DNA of 64,000 nucleotides from Nitrospirota bacterium (GTDB lineage Bacteria; Nitrospirota; Thermodesulfovibrionia; Thermodesulfovibrionales; Dissulfurispiraceae): NCBI GenBank assembly GCA_963710375.1, contig CAVPZX010000003.1, positions 320,001 through 384,000 of the forward strand. The letters run 5' to 3'. Of this stretch, positions 51,273-61,782 are shown one piece after another. Made by a program: the position numbers and the translations under genes. The notes below the pieces were generated by a model that saw nothing but the letters and a program-made list of their open reading frames with translations, searched no databases and was not told where the DNA came from. Every line of letters begins with the position of its first letter. Positions within the stretch are counted from its first letter, which is position 1.

Positions 51273-51567
51273 AAAATAAATATTCTTGAAATATCGTCAC
51301 TATAAAGATATTCCGTGTCACTTGTTTTTTATCGGGAAACGTCTCATATCCTTTAATAGCGCTAATGAAGAATAGGTGACATTCCTATAGTTGCACAAAA
51401 GAATACTGCATTATAATCGAGTCTGCCCGCAGAAAAAGGAGGCATGATTTGCAAAAATTCAGGCTTGGCCGGGGAGAAAATTACAAGCCCGCGACTGAAT
51501 ATACTATTAGAGGTGTTTGCTGGTATAACCGGATCGAACCTTCCTTACTTTGCACCAACTAGCCAGA

Positions 51568-53658
51568 TCAACTCAATCTAGAAAAGTCCGCGATCTGAAC
51601 GGCAAGCTGCTGTATGGTTTTGAGCAGCGCGAGGCGGTTCTGCTTTATTTCCTCGTTCTTATCCATGATCAGCACCTTATCGAAAAATCCGTTTATTGGC
51701 TCTGTAAGCTCCTGGAGCACTTTGACCGCGTTATAGTAAAGGTGTTTTTTCACAAGGGAATTCACCTTTGCAGTGCGTGCTTCGGTCTCCTGGAAAAGTG
51801 ATTTCTCCTCCTCCTGGACGAACAGCGCTTTATCGGGACCCGGGACGTTGCCGCCGGGTGCTATATTGTTAATCCTTTTAAGAGCCAGAAGGAATGAGTC
51901 ATAAGCGCCTTCGGCCTTGAATTTCACAACCGAGTCGAGACGTTCTTTCACCGCAAAAAGAGGCTCATCTTTTATAAAATGCAGCACGGAGGACACGGCA
52001 TCATAAGGGTATCCGTTGGCCTGGAAGAGCGCCTCGGCTCTCTGTTCAAAGAACTTGATTATGCTGTCCTCGACAGCTTCTTTCTTTTTCAGTTTAAACG
52101 GCAGCAATGCCTTGTCCACGAGCGATGAAATCTGGAGCACGCACTTAGTATCTAGTAAAACGGCGATTATGCCGAGTGTTTGTCTCCTGAGGGCAAACGG
52201 GTCTTCCGATCCGGTAGGAGACAAGCCAAGCATGAAAAAGGATGCAACATTGTCAAGTTTATCGGAAAGACTTAATATAGAACCTATAGGGGTTTCCGGC
52301 AGACGGTCTCCTGAATAAGCAGGAAGATACTGTTCGGCAAGCGCCCGCGAGATCTTTTCGTCATGTCCCTCATGAGAGGCATAGTAGCTGCCCATTATCC
52401 CCTGAAGTTCGGGGAATTCTCTTACCACACCGGAAATAAGGTCTGTTTTTGACAGCAGTGCCGCTGTGTTGATGTCTTTCTTTTTTTCTTTAAAGCAGTG
52501 CGTTGCAATATGGTCAGCTATCAAAGCAATACGCATGGTTTTATCGTATAGTGTCCCGAGTTTCTCATGATATACGACTTTCTTGAGACCCTCAAGGCAT
52601 TGCTTGAGAGGAATATTCAGGTCATCTTCGTAATAAAAGCGCGCGTCTTCAAAGCGGGCCTTTAGAACACGCTCAGCTCCTTTCCTGACGTTTTCTGCAT
52701 TGCTCTGGGTTGTGTTGCTGACTACAATAAAATGATTGACCAGCCGCCCATCACGGTCCTCAAGGGCAAAATATTTCTGGTGCCCTTTCATAACCGTGGT
52801 AAGCAATTCTTTAGGAAGCCCAAGATATGCTTCGGAAAAAGTTCCGAGTACAGGGATCGGATATTCCACAAGAAAAACGACATGTTGTAAAAGCTCGGCA
52901 TCGTTTAACACAACGGCATGGACGGATGCCGCAAGCTTCTTGGACACCTCTGTTATTATCCTGGTTCTTTCTTCGGTATCCAGTATGACAAAATTGTTTC
53001 GCAGGAGATTAAAATAGGTCCTGGTATCTTTTATCTCGAACGCTGCCGGAGCAAGAAAACGGTGTCCACGTGTCATGCCTATGCTTTTAATCCCGTCTAT
53101 CTCAAATGGCACACGCTTATTGTTAAATAGGGCGAGAATCCAGTGAATAGGACGGGCGAACCTGAAATCTCCGTTACCCCACCGCATTGATTTCGGGAAG
53201 TGCAGCGTCTTGATGAGATCCGGCAATATTTCACGAAGAAGGGACTCGGTAGGTTTTGCCTGTTCCTTAATGATAGCTACTATGTAACTGCCTTTGCCTT
53301 TCTCTTTTTTTGAAATATCACTCAGTGATATGCCGTTGGCCTTTACAAAAGCTTCTGCTGCTTTAGTAGGATTTCCATCGCTGTCAAAGGCAACGTTCAC
53401 CGGCGGTCCCCATATCTCTCTTGCCAAAGCGTTTTGTGATGTATGAAGCTCCGCGACAAGAGACAGTCTCCTCGGTGTCGCATACGTTCGCAGGGAGTTG
53501 ACACCTATGGCAAAATCCGAAAAAAATTTTTCCGCATTTGTCTTGAGTTTTTCGATAGCTTCCGGCAGGAAGCGGGCTGGTATCTCTTCCGTCCCTATTT
53601 CAAGCAGAAGCTGCGGTTTTGTTTCAATGTTAATTTCCGGAGTTTTTTTCGGAGTCAT
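51568..53658 (-). CDS. glyS: Glycine--tRNA ligase beta subunit
   Basis: LLEIGTEEIP, TPRRL, FPKSMRW, FARPIHW, EFPELQG.MG, GSEDPFALRR. Confidence 0.97.
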   Translation of the reverse strand: MTPKKTPEINIETKPQLLLEIGTEEIPARFLPEAIEKLKTNAEKFFSDFAIGVNSLRTYATPRRLSLVAELHTSQNALAREIWGPPVNVAFDSDGNPTKAAEAFVKANGISLSDISKKEKGKGSYIVAIIKEQAKPTESLLREILPDLIKTLHFPKSMRWGNGDFRFARPIHWILALFNNKRVPFEIDGIKSIGMTRGHRFLAPAAFEIKDTRTYFNLLRNNFVILDTEERTRIITEVSKKLAASVHAVVLNDAELLQHVVFLVEYPIPVLGTFSEAYLGLPKELLTTVMKGHQKYFALEDRDGRLVNHFIVVSNTTQSNAENVRKGAERVLKARFEDARFYYEDDLNIPLKQCLEGLKKVVYHEKLGTLYDKTMRIALIADHIATHCFKEKKKDINTAALLSKTDLISGVVREFPELQGIMGSYYASHEGHDEKISRALAEQYLPAYSGDRLPETPIGSILSLSDKLDNVASFFMLGLSPTGSEDPFALRRQTLGIIAVLLDTKCVLQISSLVDKALLPFKLKKKEAVEDSIIKFFEQRAEALFQANGYPYDAVSSVLHFIKDEPLFAVKERLDSVVKFKAEGAYDSFLLALKRINNIAPGGNVPGPDKALFVQEEEKSLFQETEARTAKVNSLVKKHLYYNAVKVLQELTEPINGFFDKVLIMDKNEEIKQNRLALLKTIQQLAVQIADFSRLS

Positions 53659-53660
53659 GG

Positions 53661-54530
53661 TTACCTTTCACAAAGAGGGAAGCCCTTCTCCTCACGCTGC
53701 TTAAGATATGCTTCGGCGCAGAGCTTGGCAAGTGCCCTCACCCGCGCAATATAGCCTGTCCGTTCCGTCACCGACAAGACCCCGCGTGCATCGAGGAGAT
53801 TAAAGGCATGGGAGCATTTGAGGCAGAATTCATATGACGGAAGCACCAGTCCCAGCTCATTCATTTTTTTTGACTCACTTTCGTATGCATCGAACTGTTT
53901 CACGAGTAGATCGGTATTGGCAAAGTCGAAATTGAATTTTGAGAACTCGATCTCTCCCTGCTTATGAATCTCTCCGTATTTCATTCCTTTACACCACTCA
54001 ATATCAAATAGATTATCGACGCCCTGCAGGTACATTGCGATCCTCTCAAGACCGTAGGTGATTTCGAGAGATACCGGCTTGACATCAATGCCTCCGACCT
54101 GCTGGAAGTAGGTAAACTGGGTGATTTCCATACTGTCGAGCCATATTTCCCATCCAAGACCCCATGCCCCCAGCGTCGGAGATTCCCAATCATCTTCGAC
54201 AAAACGGATATCGTGCCTGATAGGATCAATTCCGATATGCGCCATGCTTTCTAGGTACAAATCCTGGCTTTCCATAGGAGAGGGCTTAATGATCACCTGA
54301 TACTGATAATACTGCTGCAGTCTGTTGGGGTTTTCTCCGTAGCGGCCGTCAGTCGGGCGTCTGCAGGGCTCGACATACGCTGTCTTCCACGGTTCGGGGC
54401 CCAGGACTCTGAAAAATGTTGCAGTATGAAAAGTGCCTGCCCCAACTTCCGTATCATAAGGCTGGAGAAGGACACAACCCTTCTTAGCCCAGAAATCATT
54501 CAAAGATGCAATTAAATCCTGAAAATACAT
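53661..54530 (-). CDS. glyQ: Glycine--tRNA ligase alpha subunit
   Basis: [44 protein letters not shown]. Confidence 0.98.
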   Translation of the reverse strand: MYFQDLIASLNDFWAKKGCVLLQPYDTEVGAGTFHTATFFRVLGPEPWKTAYVEPCRRPTDGRYGENPNRLQQYYQYQVIIKPSPMESQDLYLESMAHIGIDPIRHDIRFVEDDWESPTLGAWGLGWEIWLDSMEITQFTYFQQVGGIDVKPVSLEITYGLERIAMYLQGVDNLFDIEWCKGMKYGEIHKQGEIEFSKFNFDFANTDLLVKQFDAYESESKKMNELGLVLPSYEFCLKCSHAFNLLDARGVLSVTERTGYIARVRALAKLCAEAYLKQREEKGFPLCER

Positions 54531-54649
54531 TGACCTCTCGCGATTATGATTGAAGACTCCCTGCGGCAAGAGCGCAGGGAGTTTTACTGACCTCTGTGCC
54601 CGACCACGTGGGGAATACGTCCGCTATCAATTTAAATTTGAATGTACAT

Positions 54650-54677
54650 ATTATAAGAAAGGCAAATCCTTTGTCAA
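54650..54677 (-). promoter_or_regulatory. Sigma70 promoter of glyQS
   Basis: TTGACA-16 nt-TATAAT on the minus strand. Confidence 0.7.
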
Positions 54678-54706
54678 ACGAAGGATGGGTCAGGAGTGGT
54701 CCGGTT

Positions 54707-56356
54707 TCACACCTTGAACCTTCCCACGAGCCGCTGGAGCATCAGGGAGAGTTCAGCAAGGTCCGACGCAGACTGTGCTATTTGCCCGGAGGTTGACAAT
54801 GTATCTTTTGACACCGATGCTATAGTTTCGATATCTCCGCTTATCACTTCCGAGGTCGTCAACATCTCCTCTGTTGCAGACGCTATCTGCTGTACCATTG
54901 TCTGGAGACCCTGTACACTGCTTACTATGCTGTGAAGTGCGTCACCGGCCTTAGTGGCAAAATCGACACCTACGACAACTCTTTTTGTGCCGTCGCTCAT
55001 ATTCAGGACAGCTTTTTCGACTTCATGCTGGATAGCCGTAATCATGGATCCTATTTCCGTCGTAGCCTTAGACGTCCTTTCGGCCAGTTTTCTAACCTCA
55101 TCCGCCACCACCGCAAATCCTCTGCCCTGGTCGCCCGCTCTCGCAGCCTCGATTGCTGCATTCAAGGCCAGAAGATTTGTCTGATCAGCTATGTCCTTAA
55201 TCACATCGACGATATCCCCTATCTGTTTTGAGCGCTCGCCAAGTGAGCTCATGAGTTCGGCAGATTCGTTAACTGTATCGGCGATAGCTTTTACCTCCTG
55301 GATCGACCTATCTACTATATTTTCGCCCTCTTGAGCTATGACGGTGGTTTCCGCTGCCGAGGTTGACATGGCAGAAGCATTTTTTGCGATATCCACGACC
55401 GTCTGCGACATCTCCTCCGCAGAGGTCGCTATTTGGGAGGACCTGTTGGACTGCTCTGCAACTCCCTTTGACATCTGTTCCGAATTCGCGCTCAACTCCT
55501 GACTTGAAGACGCCAGATTATCAGCGGCGGCCTTGGTTTCAGTAAGCACTTCCTTAAGCTTCCCGCCCATGTTTTTTATGGCTTCCATAAGCTTGCCTAT
55601 CTCATCATTAGAGGTCACATCCACATGCTGCAACAGATCACCTTCGGCAATCTTTGTAGTGACCTCGATCGCTTCCAGCACCGGTCTTATGATAGCCCTC
55701 CGTACAAGAAGACTTACCAGCAACGATAATACTACGGATACAGCTATTACACTTATAAAAATAATAATGGTAAAATTAAAGTCCTTGATAGAATAGTCGT
55801 ACCGGTCTTTGCTCAGTTTCTTCTCCAGACCGATCAAACCCTCCATACTCTTGTGGAGAGCCACATATTTATCGTTCGCCGTCTCCATGAACATGGTTGC
55901 CATATTCAGATCGGAACTCGCCAAATCAATTTCCGATAGGGCGGCTTTCTTATACTCCGAAAAGTCTCCTACAACGGTCTGGTAAGCTTTTTTTTCTTCC
56001 TGGTCAAACCCCTGAAACCGGAGCGTCCTTTTTATAGCCTCCTCAGATTTGTTAAGAACAGCCACCTGTTCTTTTCCTAGCGCCTCGATCTTCTTATCAT
56101 CATATTTAGCATTGGCCCAGGTTATGAGCTTGTACAAATTAGCTTGTACATTGACGATATCCGCAACTAAATCCGTGCTTGATTGAAAGATAGCAAACCG
56201 GTTATTGAAAATGTCGTTGATGGCTGATTTTTGATTGCTGAGGCTCACATACGATACGCCACCAAGAATAAGCAGAAAGATCATAGCAACTGCCGGAGCT
56301 ACGAGTAATTTTTTCGATAGTGCCAGACTATAGAATAGTTTCTTCACTACTTCCAC
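54707..56356 (-). CDS. Methyl-accepting chemotaxis protein (4HB-like sensor, HAMP)
   Basis: Two TMs, [40 protein letters not shown]. Confidence 0.96.
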   Translation of the reverse strand: MEVVKKLFYSLALSKKLLVAPAVAMIFLLILGGVSYVSLSNQKSAINDIFNNRFAIFQSSTDLVADIVNVQANLYKLITWANAKYDDKKIEALGKEQVAVLNKSEEAIKRTLRFQGFDQEEKKAYQTVVGDFSEYKKAALSEIDLASSDLNMATMFMETANDKYVALHKSMEGLIGLEKKLSKDRYDYSIKDFNFTIIIFISVIAVSVVLSLLVSLLVRRAIIRPVLEAIEVTTKIAEGDLLQHVDVTSNDEIGKLMEAIKNMGGKLKEVLTETKAAADNLASSSQELSANSEQMSKGVAEQSNRSSQIATSAEEMSQTVVDIAKNASAMSTSAAETTVIAQEGENIVDRSIQEVKAIADTVNESAELMSSLGERSKQIGDIVDVIKDIADQTNLLALNAAIEAARAGDQGRGFAVVADEVRKLAERTSKATTEIGSMITAIQHEVEKAVLNMSDGTKRVVVGVDFATKAGDALHSIVSSVQGLQTMVQQIASATEEMLTTSEVISGDIETIASVSKDTLSTSGQIAQSASDLAELSLMLQRLVGRFKV

Positions 56357-56363
56357 CCCTTAT

Positions 56364-56822
56364 CTATTTATATGCGCCGCAACAAACGATCATGTCCTCG
56401 TATTTCTCGATATAGACTATCTTGGGTTCGATCTTTTTTGTGACAGGGTTGGTAAACTTATACTCCTGCCAGCCTTTGCCTTTAGTTTTGGCAAGTTCTA
56501 TCCTCTCTTTTACGAAGGGCACTCCGTCAGGATCTTTCATGTCTATGAAGTTTTTGCCGACCATCTTCTGGTTGGCCCCGTGGGCAAGGGTCGTTCCAGT
56601 CATGTCATAAACCATTACGTAAAGGTCCCTATCGACAAACTTCCCGTTCTTATTGTCGAACTCTGCAAAGGCCTTTTCCTTGCCGTGCTCTTTTATATAG
56701 GCGATGGCCTTCTTTACCATTGCCTCTGCTTCCGCCTTAGTGCCGTGTGCACCTGCGAACGCAACACTCGTTATGCCAACCAGAAAGAAAGCCATCAACG
56801 CAGCCACAAAAAACTTCTTCAT
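56364..56822 (-). CDS. Stand-alone single-Cache domain protein with signal peptide
   Basis: Signal peptide; FVDRDLYV.VYD..G..LAHG; KDPDG..F; GKGW.EYKF.NP. Confidence 0.85.
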   Translation of the reverse strand: MKKFFVAALMAFFLVGITSVAFAGAHGTKAEAEAMVKKAIAYIKEHGKEKAFAEFDNKNGKFVDRDLYVMVYDMTGTTLAHGANQKMVGKNFIDMKDPDGVPFVKERIELAKTKGKGWQEYKFTNPVTKKIEPKIVYIEKYEDMIVCCGAYK

Positions 56823-56905
56823 TTGTATCCTCCTCTTCTAAACAATTTTTTTTACCTGAATCTCTTTTAACCGCCACAAAACTTCCTTAATCGATTTACT
56901 GGTGC

Positions 56906-56921
56906 AGCAAAGAATATGCCA
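56906..56921 (-). promoter_or_regulatory. Sigma54 (-24/-12) promoter of the Cache-MCP operon
   Basis: Minus strand TGGCATATTCTTTGCT fits TGGCACG-N4-TTGCW with exact spacing. Confidence 0.75.
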
Positions 56922-57085
56922 AGCGAGACAATGTACTATCTTCTTGGTTTGTCGGGATTTCTGAAGAATATTATACAGAATTGATATGGATTAATTCCAA
57001 TGTCCGCGGAAAAATTACAAGATTCTTGCCTTTTTTTGACTTGCCAGATGAGTGAGAAAAGGATACATATAGTGTCCGGTTTTGA

Positions 57086-57114
57086 TTGACACTATGTAAT
57101 AAATGAAATATACT
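57086..57114 (+). promoter_or_regulatory. Sigma70 promoter of deaD
   Basis: TTGACA-17 nt-TATACT. Confidence 0.8.
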
Positions 57115-57146
57115 AATCAATCTATTCGAATTTAATTAATCCCTCA

Positions 57147-57328
57147 AGGGCTCGCGAATAAATAACTTGTGCATTCAGGCGCTCAGATTTGGGTCAGATT
57201 TGGCTGATCTGACTGAGCAAAACCGCAGGCGTAGCATCGCTACGTTGAGGATTTTGCGACTGAGGATCCGGCAAAGATGGCCTAAATCTGAGATGCATCA
57301 ATGTGCAAGTTATTTATTCGCGAGCCCT
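57147..57328. mobile_element. Miniature inverted-repeat element, family A (182 bp), in the deaD leader
   Basis: Perfect 23-bp terminal IRs; inverted copy of 16574-16755. Confidence 0.85.
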
Positions 57329-57379
57329 AATAGGCCCTGAGGTTTTTTTTTGTGACGGAAAAAAGGAGAGGTACCCGGA

Positions 57380-58933
57380 ATGAGATTTGAAGATTTTGGA
57401 TTATCAAAAGAAACGATGCGGGCTATATCTGAGATCGGGTTTGAAGAGCCGACTCCTATACAGGCGTCTGTTATTCCGCTGATTATGGGTGGAGCTGACA
57501 TTATCGGGCAGGCCCAGACCGGCACGGGCAAAACTGCCGCATTCGGCATTCCCATAGTTGAAATGTGCAAAAAAAGCGAGCATCCATTTGCCATCATACT
57601 GGAGCCGACGAGAGAGCTCGCTGTTCAGGTTGCTCTGGAGATTGACCGAATTGGAAGCCGCAAACGGGTCAGGGTGCTTGCGGTATACGGCGGGCAGTCC
57701 ATCGAAAACCAGATAAAGGCATTAAAACACGGCGTCGATGTTGTCGTCGGCACGCCGGGGCGGATCATTGACCATCTGAACAGGAAGACTCTCTCTTTAT
57801 CGGCAATCAAGATTTTGGTGCTTGACGAGGCTGATGAAATGCTGAACATGGGATTCATAGATGACATAGAGATTATTCTCAACAAAATTCCCGAGGCAAG
57901 GCAAACAATGCTTTTCTCTGCGACAATCCCACAGCCTATTATGAGCATCGCCAGGAAGCATATGAAGGAGCCCGAAAAGATACGCATCAATCCCAAGGAT
58001 GTTGTCATACCTCAGATCAAACAGGTGTTTTATGAGGTTCGTGAAGGGGACAAACTCAACGCGCTTTCCAGGCTCCTTGATGTCGAAAACCCGCAATTGG
58101 CGATCGTATTTTGCCACACAAAACGCGAGGTCGATGAAGTTTCCATGAAACTAGGACAACTTGGCTATAATGCAAGCGCACTGCACGGTGATTTTACGCA
58201 GGCCCGCAGGGATGAGGTGATGTATAAGTTCAGGGAAGGCATGCTTGATATACTCGTTGCTACCGACGTAGCGGCAAGGGGACTCGATATAAAAAATGTT
58301 TCCCATGTTATCAACTTCAACATTCCGCAAAATCCCGACAGCTACGTACACCGCATCGGCAGGACAGGCAGGGCCGGAAAGTCCGGGATAGCTATAACGT
58401 TTGTTACTCCGCGGGAGTATCGTCATTTGCGGCTTATTGAGCAGACCGCAAAAACAGTCATAGATAAAAAAAGATTGCCGTCTGCTGACGATGTCCTCAA
58501 AGCAAGGGAGCTGAATATCCTGAAAGACGTTGCCGGTATAATCGAGGCCGGCAGCCATACCCGTTATATGCATACCGTCAAAAGCCTCTCCGAGCGCCAC
58601 AGTTTTGCAGATATTGCTGCAGCGGCCTTTTTCGTTGCCTATGGAGAAATTAAAGAACAGGCTCCAGGGGAACAGGCTGAAACTAAAGGGATGGTGCGCC
58701 TCTTTATGACAATAGGAAGAAAGGACAAGATAAAGGTTGCCGACATTGTGAAATCAATAGCCTCCGAAGCCAACATCCCCTACAGCAAGATAGGCAACAT
58801 TGATGTCCTCGAAAAGTTTACCTTTGTGGAAGTGCCGGCCGAACTCGCAGACCGCGTGATACGCTCGGTGGATGACATGATCATGAAAGGGAAAAGGGTC
58901 AAGATACAAGAAGCTAAAGCAAGACCTGCATAG
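57380..58933 (+). CDS. deaD: DEAD-box RNA helicase with C-terminal DbpA-type RNA-binding domain
   Basis: AQTGTGKT, PTRELA, TPGR, DEAD, SAT, ARGLD, HRIGRTGRAG. Confidence 0.9.
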   Translation: MRFEDFGLSKETMRAISEIGFEEPTPIQASVIPLIMGGADIIGQAQTGTGKTAAFGIPIVEMCKKSEHPFAIILEPTRELAVQVALEIDRIGSRKRVRVLAVYGGQSIENQIKALKHGVDVVVGTPGRIIDHLNRKTLSLSAIKILVLDEADEMLNMGFIDDIEIILNKIPEARQTMLFSATIPQPIMSIARKHMKEPEKIRINPKDVVIPQIKQVFYEVREGDKLNALSRLLDVENPQLAIVFCHTKREVDEVSMKLGQLGYNASALHGDFTQARRDEVMYKFREGMLDILVATDVAARGLDIKNVSHVINFNIPQNPDSYVHRIGRTGRAGKSGIAITFVTPREYRHLRLIEQTAKTVIDKKRLPSADDVLKARELNILKDVAGIIEAGSHTRYMHTVKSLSERHSFADIAAAAFFVAYGEIKEQAPGEQAETKGMVRLFMTIGRKDKIKVADIVKSIASEANIPYSKIGNIDVLEKFTFVEVPAELADRVIRSVDDMIMKGKRVKIQEAKARPA

Positions 58934-58939
58934 GAGGCG

Positions 58940-59020
58940 TAAGTCAAGGGTAAGACTAAGGTTTAGGAAATGATCAAGATAATAAATTTGTGGACTATAC
59001 TCAACCTTAACCTCAACCTG
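58940..59020. repeat. Inverted pair of hexamer repeats (GGTAAG-like / CTCAAC)
   Basis: taagtcaagggtaagactaaggtttagg ... ctcaaccttaacctcaacct. Confidence 0.65.
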
Positions 59021-59031
59021 ACTTAGAGTTT

Positions 59032-59199
59032 ATGCAAGTAAGGTGTCCGATATGCAAGAAAAAGACAACGTGGGAAGAAAATCCGTATAAGCCGTTCTGT
59101 TCTGAACGGTGTAAAATGATAGACCTCGGCAAGTGGGCTTCAGATGAGTACAAAGTTCCGGGTGAGGATACTGAAAACGATAAGAAAAAAACAGAATAA
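59032..59199 (+). CDS. yacG: DNA gyrase inhibitor YacG (55 aa, absent from the ORF track)
   Basis: MQVRCPICKK..W.ENPYKPFCSERCKMIDLGKWASDEY. Confidence 0.93.
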   Translation: MQVRCPICKKKTTWEENPYKPFCSERCKMIDLGKWASDEYKVPGEDTENDKKKTE

Positions 59200-59205
59200 A
59201 GTATG

Positions 59206-59340
59206 AAACCACGGAGACACGGTGACACTGAGAATAGGATAAGGTTAAGGCTAAGGCTGAGGTCAAGAAAGGATAAAATAGTTAATCTTAACCTTAACCT
59301 AAACCTCAACCTTTCTTTTTAATGCTGTGTCTCTGTGGTT
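59206..59340. repeat. Nested inverted tandem repeats (outer CACGGAGA-like, inner GGYTAA / CTYAAC)
   Basis: aaccacggagacacggtgacactgag [ggataaggttaaggctaaggctgaggtcaag ... cttaaccttaacctaaacctcaacct] gtgtctctgtggtt. Confidence 0.8.
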
Positions 59341-59363
59341 AATTTTGCATAGGGGGATGACCA

Positions 59364-60167
59364 ATGAAGAGGATCATAGTAGCCGGTGCAACAGGAAGGA
59401 TGGGGAGCAGGATTGCGGCGCTTTCTAAAGAATATCCCGATCTGCAGCTTTGCGGAGCCCTCGAAATAAAAGGGAGCAAAGATGTAGGCTCTGATATTGG
59501 CCTGCGGCTCGGCATAGGGGAAACAAAAGTGCTTATCAGCGATGCCCTCGAAAATATAATAAGTGACGGAGACGTGGTTATTGACTTTACTGTTCCAGCC
59601 TCAACACTGCAAAATGCAAAAATTGCCTCCAGGAGTGGGAAAGCAGTGGTTATCGGCACTACCGGATTTTCCAAGGATCAGATTGAAGTTTTACGCAGTT
59701 TGTCCGGAGAAATCCCTCTGGTCATGGCCCCTAATATGAGTGTCGGAGTAAATTTATTGTTTAAAGTTCTGAAGGATGTCGCACGGGTGTTAGGCGACGA
59801 TTATGATATTGAGATCATTGAGGCCCACCACCGCATGAAAAAAGATGCACCAAGCGGAACCGCTCTTAAAATGGCTCAGGTCATTGCTGATGCGTTACAG
59901 AGAAATCTTGATGAGGTTGGCGTATATGCCAGAAAAGGGATAATCGGCGAGCGTACAAAGCAGGAGATAGGCATTCAGACTGTCAGGGCAGGAGATATTG
60001 TGGGCGAACATACGGTGCTTTTCGGAGGCCTTGGCGAAAGGATAGAGATCACTCATAAGGCATCCAGCAGAGATACTTTTGCCCGCGGGGCACTGAGAGC
60101 CGCAATGTGGGTAGCTGACAGAAAACCTGGTCTGTATGACATGCAGGATGTGCTGGGACTAAAATAG
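59364..60167 (+). CDS. dapB: 4-hydroxy-tetrahydrodipicolinate reductase
   Basis: GATGRMG, IDFT, GTTG, PNMSVGVN, EAHHRMKKDAPSGTA, FARGA. Confidence 0.97.
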   Translation: MKRIIVAGATGRMGSRIAALSKEYPDLQLCGALEIKGSKDVGSDIGLRLGIGETKVLISDALENIISDGDVVIDFTVPASTLQNAKIASRSGKAVVIGTTGFSKDQIEVLRSLSGEIPLVMAPNMSVGVNLLFKVLKDVARVLGDDYDIEIIEAHHRMKKDAPSGTALKMAQVIADALQRNLDEVGVYARKGIIGERTKQEIGIQTVRAGDIVGEHTVLFGGLGERIEITHKASSRDTFARGALRAAMWVADRKPGLYDMQDVLGLK

Positions 60168-60262
60168 AAGTTGAGAAGTTGAGAGGATGTGAAGTTGTGA
60201 CAAATAAAGAAAACCTGCCCCTTTTCGTTGCACACCCTCTCACCTTCACAACTTCTCAACTT
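60167..60262. repeat. Inverted pair of octamer tandem repeats (GAAGTTGA / CTCAACTT)
   Basis: gaagttga gaagttga gaggatgt gaagttgt ... cacaccct ctcacctt cacaactt ctcaactt. Confidence 0.8.
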
Positions 60263-60292
60263 CAAAACTTGACACTCGGCTCCCGACGGTCT

Positions 60293-60454
60293 TTATGCTG
60301 CCTTCTCGAACAAGTCTTTGGTTGCACCGCAAATAGGGCACACCCAGCTGTCGGGGATATCATCGAAAGATGTTCCGGGGGCGATTCCCGAATCCGGGTC
60401 TCCAAATTCGGGTTCATACACATATCCGCATACAGTGCACTTCCACTTTTCCAT
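60293..60454 (-). CDS. Rubredoxin (53 aa, absent from the ORF track)
   Basis: [61 protein letters not shown]. Confidence 0.95.
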   Translation of the reverse strand: MEKWKCTVCGYVYEPEFGDPDSGIAPGTSFDDIPDSWVCPICGATKDLFEKAA

Positions 60455-60476
60455 AAGTCCTCCTTTTTTTCAGCCG

Positions 60477-61766
60477 CTATGTGTCAATTATTTCCATCTT
60501 TACTTTTGCGATCCTCTGTGCTACCATCTCGATTATCCTGAAACGTTTATCTTCGAAATCGACCGTATCACCGGTTTTAGGTATTCGTTGCAGACTCATT
60601 ACAATAAATCCGCCAAGGGTCTCATACTCTGTTGATTCAGGAATAACTATATTGTAGTCTTCATTAAGGTCGCTGACGCTGATCGAGGCGTCGATAATCA
60701 TGGATCCGTCCTCAAGCAGGATAACCGGACTCTCGGTATCGTATTCGTCCCTGATCTCGCCGACTATTTCCTCCAGAAGGTCTTCCAGAGTGACAAGACC
60801 TGAAACAGCGCCATATTCATCTATGACAATTGCCATATGGACCCTTTTCCTCTGCATTTCTCTGAGGAGATTACTTATCTTCACGGTTTCCGGAATAAAT
60901 ATGGGCGGCTTGATTATCCTGTGAATGTTGATGCTGTCTGTCTTTGAAATCAGACTATAAAAATCTTTGGCATAAAGAATACCGCGAATGTCATTAATAT
61001 CTTTTCCTATGACCGGATATCGTGAAAACTTTTCTTCAAGAATGATTGTCTTTACTTCGTCGACCGTCATTGATATTCGGACGGTAACCATCTGGAGAGC
61101 GGGTATCATAACCTCTTTGACAGAGGTGTCGGTGAATTCAAACACGCTGTGGATAAGTTCTTTCTCCGCTGATTCGAAAACACCCTGTTCTCCACCTTCT
61201 TCTATAAGCAGTTTTACTTCCTCTTCGGATACGTATTCCCGTGCTGTAAATGCCTTTGTGTGAAAAGGCTTTAATATGATATTGGTGCTGGCAGTCAGGA
61301 TATTGACCAGGATATATGCGATCCTTGAGAACCTTTCGATCAGCGGCGCAACCCAGAGGCCGATAACTTCTGAATTTGCGAGCGCCAGAGATTTAGGGAT
61401 AAGTTCACCGAAGATAAGGAAGAAGAATGTTATGACGATAACAACAAACCCGATTGCAATGGCCTCGCTTGAAGCGGCAATAAACGGTATCGGGACTTCC
61501 TGTAGCAGGGGTTTCAGAATCTTCACTGCGGCAGCGCCTCCGATTGCGGATGCAAGGTCGGCAGTCAGGGTTATGCCTATCTGAATAGTGGCCAAAAAAC
61601 GGTCCGGTCTTCCCTTGAGTTTATAGAGGACGTCGGCATTTTTGTTGCCCTCATCCATTAGCTGCTTTATGCGGGTTCTTCTGCTGGTTACGACAGCAAT
61701 TTCAGAAGCTGCAAAAAAACCATTGATAATAATACAGAGCGCTATAAGGAAGAGTTCAAGCCACAT
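60477..61766 (-). CDS. CNNM/CBS/CorC-HlyC (hemolysin-family) membrane protein
   Basis: NGFFAASEIA, FLATIQIGIT, GELIPK, SRYPV, DEYG..SGLVTLEDLLEEIVGEI.DE. Confidence 0.93.
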   Translation of the reverse strand: MWLELFLIALCIIINGFFAASEIAVVTSRRTRIKQLMDEGNKNADVLYKLKGRPDRFLATIQIGITLTADLASAIGGAAAVKILKPLLQEVPIPFIAASSEAIAIGFVVIVITFFFLIFGELIPKSLALANSEVIGLWVAPLIERFSRIAYILVNILTASTNIILKPFHTKAFTAREYVSEEEVKLLIEEGGEQGVFESAEKELIHSVFEFTDTSVKEVMIPALQMVTVRISMTVDEVKTIILEEKFSRYPVIGKDINDIRGILYAKDFYSLISKTDSINIHRIIKPPIFIPETVKISNLLREMQRKRVHMAIVIDEYGAVSGLVTLEDLLEEIVGEIRDEYDTESPVILLEDGSMIIDASISVSDLNEDYNIVIPESTEYETLGGFIVMSLQRIPKTGDTVDFEDKRFRIIEMVAQRIAKVKMEIIDT

Positions 61767-61782
61767 ACGGGATAATTATACC

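Noticed and set aside
51468..51487. Motif CCGGGGAGAAAATTACAAG similar to CCGCGGAAAAATTACAAG near 57004
   Set aside because: Only two gapped, non-palindromic instances; cannot be distinguished from chance without a genome scan
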